From the human T2T-CHM13v2.0 reference genome, Homo sapiens, in the NCBI RefSeq assembly GCF_009914755.1, contig NC_060939.1: a stretch of DNA of 64,000 nt. One strand, 5' to 3'. Position 1 is the stretch's first letter. The number at the start of each line of letters is the position of its first letter. Of the stretch, positions 54,007 to 64,000 are shown piece by piece. A program made the translations under genes and the position numbers. The notes beneath the pieces were generated by a model, which did no database searches, was not told where the DNA came from, and saw only the letters and a program-made list of their open reading frames with translations.

Positions 54007-54446
54007 CTAAGAGGTCAAACTTGGTAAGCAGAGTGAATTGGGATGCTATTAAATGAGATAGGGAACAAATAGTTCTTTGTGGTTAGGGTGTAAAATAGGT
54101 AGAGAAGCGGGAGGAAGAGCAAGTTCAGGCAGGAAATAATGAATTCAGTTTGGGATGTACTGACTGCAGTTAAAGGTCTGAGGTCCTGGAGGGGATAGCC
54201 AAGAGCCACAGATAGGGGGTTGGGGAGAAGGGGCTTGGAGAGGGTCCGGTCATCACTTCCTCTGAAGTAAGGATAGGTAAAGATTTGGAGCAGCTGCCAT
54301 AGGGACTGAAATGGTTCTAAGTTAAGGACAATAGCATAGGAATGTATGCATCAAGGGCTAGCAATGAGGGGTTAGGTGAGATTGCTCTATATTAACTCTA
54401 GTATTAACCCTGTATTTGAATTTGACCAACAAACATTCATCTCAAT

Positions 54447-54600
54447 CAGTGGTACGCTGGAGCCAGCATGTACCAGTTTGCAAAAGCAGAGGATCAAATT
54501 TACAGGAATTTTGCCAGACAGTTATGAAACACAGTCATTATTAAAATTGAATTACACAAACGTAAATGTATTAAAAATAAAGGTAATAAATAATCCCTTA
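54447..54600 (+). mobile_element. MER63-like hAT fragment
   Basis: CAGTGGTACGCTGGAGCCAGC..AAATTTACAGGAATTTTG. Confidence 0.55.
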
Positions 54601-55677
54601 TTTCTCATCCCCCCCTTCTTTCTTTTTTTCTGACTACATTCTGGCTTTCTTTGCTTCCCAGACAAGGTGGCAGAAATCACCATTCCCAGATCCTGAGTTT
54701 ATGAGTTCTGTCTATTAACCAGCCACACCGAAACTGTAATCTCTCAGTCTTGATTCCAGATTCCCAGGGAAGGAGCTCATTGGCTCAGGTTGTTCTAGAT
54801 ACCCAGCTCTAGACTTATCAAAGATTTTTCTATAAAATAAAGATATGGGAGATATGGAAGCCAGACCAAAATAAAAAGCCTACATCTCTAGGTCCATTTT
54901 TTTCTTAGGGCAAAAGAATACATCATTTGTGCCCAGAATGCACTGGGTATTGAAGAGATGACAACTGTCTTCTGCCACCAGCCATCCAAAACTTTATAGG
55001 AGACCTCTTGTTCTTACTTCAGCCTAAGACAAAAACCAGATAGCGCTCGTCTCTGGCAGAGAGATGAACAGCTCCACAGAGTGTCAGGCAAACAATATAC
55101 ATTAGCCTAAGTGGCAATTTATAATTTTAATGGCCCAGCTGCTTGTCATGGTAGGGTGGGGTACATTTTAAGTTAGTACTGTTTACTGCGAATAAGGCTA
55201 AATTTCCCCCATCATTCATTGCAAAATGTCCATGGCCCGGAGGTCTCATCAATGTTTAGGGCAGTTGCTGGCTTAGGGCTTGGCTGACTTCTTAGTTCAT
55301 TAACTTCTCATTGACCAGCTTGAGGTTAAAAAGGGGAGCACAACACAAATCTGTGGAATTGAGCAAAAGCGAGGGTTAGGATTAGGACTGGCACACTGTT
55401 TATTATTTCCCTTTTCTCTCTGTTTTTTTTTATTTTTTTAATTTTTATTTTTTAATAGAGACAGCATCTCACTATGTTGCCAAGGCTGGTCTTGAACTCA
55501 GGGGCTCAAGCAGTCCTCCTGTCTTGGCATCCCAAGATGTTGGGATTATGGGAGTGAAACACAAAACCTGACCCATTATTGCACATCATTAGACTGTGAG
55601 CAATTGAAGGCAGGGCTCTCTAGAATCTAGACTCCAGATTATCTTGGCCATCCCATAGCTCCAGGTATCAGGCCTCG

Positions 55678-56373
<696 letters not shown>

Positions 56374-56773
56374 CCTCACATAGACTGGTCCTTGATTTTT
56401 TTATTTTTTACTTTTTTAAAGTCAGGGTCTCACTCAGCCACCCAGGCTGGAGAGTAGTCATGAGATCATAGAACACTGTAACTTTGAACTCCTGGGTCCA
56501 AATCGTCCTCCTGCCTCAGCCTCTTGAGTAGCTCGGCCTACAGTTGTGTGTCCTAGCCAACTACATCTGGCTAGTTTTAAAATTTTTTTGTAGAAATAGG
56601 TCTCATTGTGTTGCCCAGGCTGATCTTGAACTCCTGGGCTCAAGTGATCCTCCTTCCTCAGCCTCCTGAGTAGCTAGGACCACAGTTGTGTGCTACCACA
56701 CCCAGATAATTTTTTAAATTTTTGGTGGATACAGGAGTCTCACTATTTCCCAGGCTGGCCTCGAACTCCTAGC

Positions 56774-57868
<1,095 letters not shown>

Positions 57869-58275
57869 TGACATCAAGGGATCCTCCCCCCTCGGCCTTG
57901 CTACATGCTGGGATTACAGGCGTGAGCCACCATGCCTGGCCCTTGATATTTTTTCAAGAGGTAAAGACTTGTTCCTTATAAAATCCTATATTTTATTAAA
58001 CAAATAAGACTTTAATGCAGTTAATTTCATCCCCACTCTGGTCAAGGAAATATATATTATGTTTACCAGTTACTCAGCAAATGTTTCTCAAGAACTGTCT
58101 TAGGCCCAGTGAAGCCAGTCAAAGAATTATCAAGCCCATTGAGGAGGGCTTGATCATTCAGTCATCTACTTGCAGGTGGTTGGTGCAAGCTATGTTATAT
58201 TTAAGCTGTATTTGGATTACCAATTTTCAGGAAATTAAGACAGAATGAAATATACTTGGCATTGAAACTATTTTG

Positions 58276-58700
58276 AGCCAGGCATGGTAGCTCATACCTG
58301 TAATCCAAGCACTTTAGGAGGCCATGGTGGGAAGATTGCTTGAGCCTAGGCGTTCAAGACCAGCCTGGGCAACATGACAAGATCCTGTCTCTACAAAAAA
58401 AATGTTTTTCTAATTAGCCGGGAGTGGTGGTTTGTGCCTGTAGTCCTGGTTACTCAGGAGGCTGAGGTGGGAGGATTGCTGAGCCTGGGAAGTCGAGGCT
58501 ACAGTGAACTACAATCACTCCACTGCACTCCAGGCTGAGCAACAGAGTGAGAAGTCCCTGTCGAAAGAAAGAGAAAGAAAGAAAGAAAGGAGGGAGGGAG
58601 GGAAGGAAGGAAAGGAAGGAAGGAAGGGGAGAGAAAGAAAGAGAGAAAGAAAGAGAAAGAGAAAGAAAAGGAAAGAAAAGAAAGAAAAGGAAAGAAAAAA
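58276..58700 (+). mobile_element. AluJ with an expanded GA-rich tail (58563-58700)
   Basis: Dimer followed by a pure purine tract. Confidence 0.9.
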
Positions 58701-60780
58701 CTACTAGGGCCATAAATGAATCTGTCTTTGATGACTCAGAGGGCATATTTTTTCCTTTCTTCATTTAACAAATATTAAAATACTGAATGTCCCTTATGTG
58801 TGAGGTCCTGTTCTAGAGCTTAGAAATATAACCATAAACAAGACACAGCCCCCACCTTCAATGAGGTCTCTAGTGTAGTTGGGGGAAGCCCGTAGCGGGA
58901 GAGAAGTGGGCTGATGGGCTGGTGAGTGGGGATTTCAGTGCTCAAGGAGCAGTGCATGTCAGGATTGCCTAGAGAAGGGGTGTGTTACTCAGATGTTTGG
59001 GTGGGGCATGGCCCAAGAAGGCCCTCCAGAGGAGGTGACATCTTCTTTTGAGACCAGAAGATCAGTAGGAGTTTGCAAAGGGAAAGTAGGGAGGGGAGGG
59101 TGGGACAACATGTTCCAGGTAAGGGAACAGACTGTGCACAGGCTGGGACCAGAGAGCTTAGCCTCCAGGAACGAACCACACTCAAAGGTCCAACAGGGCC
59201 TCAGGGCTGTGGTTGAAGTGCTAGTTGTTACTGTTCTTCCTGACTGTATTGCTAAACTGGGACATTTGTACATTACAGTTTATTTCTTCTCCATCATCTG
59301 CCCACCATGAGCTCTATGAGGTGGGTAGGTGTTGCACCTCCATTTCACAGACAAGGAACCTGAGGCTTGGCATTGCTGTAAGGTTCTGTGAGTATGGGGA
59401 AGTCTTGGGGAGTTGGAGGTTTTGCCTGCCTACCCTGGCCTCTGTCACTCCACAGCTGCCTTAGATGAAAGATCACTTGAAAGGGTATCTGATCTACCTT
59501 CATACCTCTGGGCAAAAAAGTGTCATTTGCTCCTCTGGGAGCTGATGGAGGTACGAAGGCATAGAATTTCTGCAATCCTGCAGCGTAATTAAACACATGG
59601 ATGCTAACACAGGCAGACCTGGCCTAGCTCTGCCACTTGTTAGTAGCCGTGTGCCTTGGGCAAATTACTTAACTGAGGCTCAGCGATGCCTCCATCCAGC
59701 TGAGACTTGATCTGAGTTCTTCCCCTCTTCAGCAGCAGGGGTGGTGCAACACAGCTCCAGGGTCTCACCTAGTGCCAATATCACTGTTGGGGAGAGGGAT
59801 AGTGGGGAGTGGCAACGTGCTCCTCATCAGACATGTGGTACCACTGAGACAACCGTCGGCCCTGCCCACATGGTCCCTTTGGGCCCAGTAATGCTGTTAT
59901 CTTCATGTCATGTTTGGGATTCAGGCACTGTTTGTAAGTCTGCTTGTAGTCACAAGCCAGCACCGATTCCTTCCTGGGGACGTGCCACCTCTCAGGAAGC
60001 AGAACCATGCTCCCTGCTGATCAGAGACCCTCAGGCCTCTCTCTTCTTCTTCCCCACCAAGATGCTCTATTTTTGTCCCTAAACACCACCAATACCTGCA
60101 AACCAGCTTCTTCCCTTCATTCCTTAGCAAACTCCCTAATTTTCCCTCAGGCTTCTTGGGTTTCCCGCAAACAAAAGCCAGAAAGCTTTGCCTCCTTCTG
60201 CCTTCTGCTCTGCCTGAGAGCTTTTTCAAGGTTTCATAGTTCAGAGATAACTCTCTGTTTAAATGAGAGGAATGGGGAGGAGCAAATGAGGGAGGGAGGC
60301 AACCTATTAAAATCTCAGTATATAAAATCTAGCTGCATAGGCAAGAGGCAACTGAGGTTCCCAAATTCGGGAAGCAAGGGGTACATAGAAGGGGATAGAT
60401 CCAAGGGATGGGCAGAAGAGAGAATCATTGACACTTATAGACCGGTTCAATGTGGGAGTCTCACCATGCATGCCTGAATTAGCACTCTGACCCAGGTCAA
60501 TCAAACAAAGCAATCAGGAATTGTCATTTTAAGTTGACCTTCAGTTACCTGCAAGTAAATGAGTTGATTTACCATCTGTTGACTCCTCTCAGTCAACTGA
60601 ACACAGTAGAAATAAACACGTATGTTTTAGGTTGATTGGGCTGGATGAAGGGTATAAGGGGCTTCATATGATTTTGTGTGTAAATGTTTAAATTTTTGCA
60701 TATTAAAAATGTTTAAGTAAATCCATTTAAAAGCCAACTTTTATGATCCATCAACTTTTACATTATAAAAAGAAATAGTT

Positions 60781-61100
<320 letters not shown>

Positions 61101-61255
61101 TCAGACTCAATGTGAACACTTCATGCTACTACTGAGATGTTCTCTATAACCGTTAGTTCAGATCTAATGAATGTTTGAAACTTGAGAAGATTTCTTGCTA
61201 AAGAATAAAAGAAACATGCAGCGCAAGAGAGCAAGAAATGAGGGGAAAACCCTAA

Positions 61256-61609
<354 letters not shown>

Positions 61610-62441
61610 TAGAGGAGAAACTAAAGCCAGAAAGGAAAAGGAGAGTATCACAACATGAGTGAATTTGGCCTTACCCTCAGCATCCTGGATTAACAGGGAG
61701 AGCAAGGGGGCTGGAGCCTGCGGGTACAGAGCAAGAGAAGATGACCCCACCTCAAACTACGCCCCAGGGCAGCCAGCAGAAGTCAAGACACAGTGTCCAA
61801 AGAACTTGTTGTACTTGGAGTCAGACAGGAGGAAGCACCTTTGTTCTAGGTCAATTTATTCGGAACAACGCTGCAGCCAGAAGTTGGCTGTTTAGAGAAC
61901 GTTGGCCAGTTCCTCAAAGGGAGAGGCTGACAAATGTAGGCAGAGTGTCCCTGTCACTGGTCCAAGGGTCAAGGGAAGTGGAGGGACAAGACAGACACAA
62001 GGCAGATGCCCAGCTCTGGTGCCTGGCTGAGTGTGGTCCTGAGGCTCTTTCCAGTTGGCAGGAAGGAAAAACAACTTCTCGTTACTTCAGCTGATGTTCA
62101 GGATACGTTGAGAAAGTGACTTGACCCCGTCTACTTTTTTTTTCTCATTTTTAATCTGTGGCTCCTGACCTCGGAATGACTTCTGTGAGACTGTAGTGTC
62201 TGGTACCTCATGGCTTTTGCTCACCGTCTTCTCAGATGGTCTCCAGGCTTCAGCTTCCCTGTCTGCTACACACTGTCTTAGGATGAGGCGCCTCTGAGGC
62301 ACCTATTTGTATGCTGGAAGTTTGCTGGGGAGAACTCTCAGGATCAATGCCTGTAAGGAGAGAGGGATGAGGGCCTCAGCCAACCTTGGGGGGAATTCTG
62401 GAGTTGGGATGGCTTTTCAGAGTTGCCTCCAATGAAGGTAA

Positions 62442-63525
<1,084 letters not shown>

Positions 63526-63849
63526 ATGATAGCAAGGAGCCAGGGCTTTGTCCTCCCGCTAGGCATTGGATACTATCTGCTTCTTGGAAAGGGGTGTAAC
63601 TTGGCTGAGGGCAATCTTCAGAGACAGAGACTTAGCTATGGGTAGTCAATAGCCAATAATGCCAACAGCTGGGCAAATAGCACCTGCATCCTGAAAGGGA
63701 TATGGTGGCACAACTCAGCATCCCTTACATCTTCTGTCTGACTCTTTTCTAAAGAGTGACTCTTGTGGGTCCCACTGGTCACTCTGCAATAGAGGAGGTG
63801 TCCATTTGTGAGTGTTTATCACGTCCGTTCACCCTACAGGCTTCCCTCA

Positions 63850-64000
<151 letters not shown>

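Noticed and set aside
60007-60477. 156-aa plus-strand ORF in unique sequence
   Set aside because: No recognisable homology or exon structure, and overlapping ORFs of similar size occur in other frames.

Overview
Primate (human-like) genomic DNA, repeat-rich and apparently intergenic or intronic. I found no intact protein-coding gene, and nearly all ORF-track entries are Alu, L1, LTR or microsatellite translations. The window holds about 40 Alu copies or monomers, long old L1M fragments, L2/MIR relics, several DNA-transposon fossils (MER20, Tigger3a, Charlie1, MADE1, MER5A, MER102, MER63) and many LTR elements. These include a two-LTR MSTA MaLR provirus carrying a nested MER11 solo LTR. There are two old processed ribosomal-protein pseudogenes, each split by a MaLR solo LTR: RPS15A (minus strand, ~13354-14624) and RPS27A/ubiquitin-S27a (plus strand, ~24651-25899, also split by an AluY). 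One CpG-enriched promoter-like island (~7400-8010) has a GC box next to an RFX X-box. I see no evidence for a wholly new biological system. The best leads are (1) the RPS15A retrocopy, which appears to preserve a 350-nt extra 5'-UTR segment from a rare isoform, (2) a four-layer nested insertion at 56.4-57.9 kb containing a templated copy of sequence about 1 kb away, and (3) the orphan RFX-type promoter. Repeat subfamily names and parent mRNA comparisons come from recalled consensus sequences and need RepeatMasker/BLAST confirmation.
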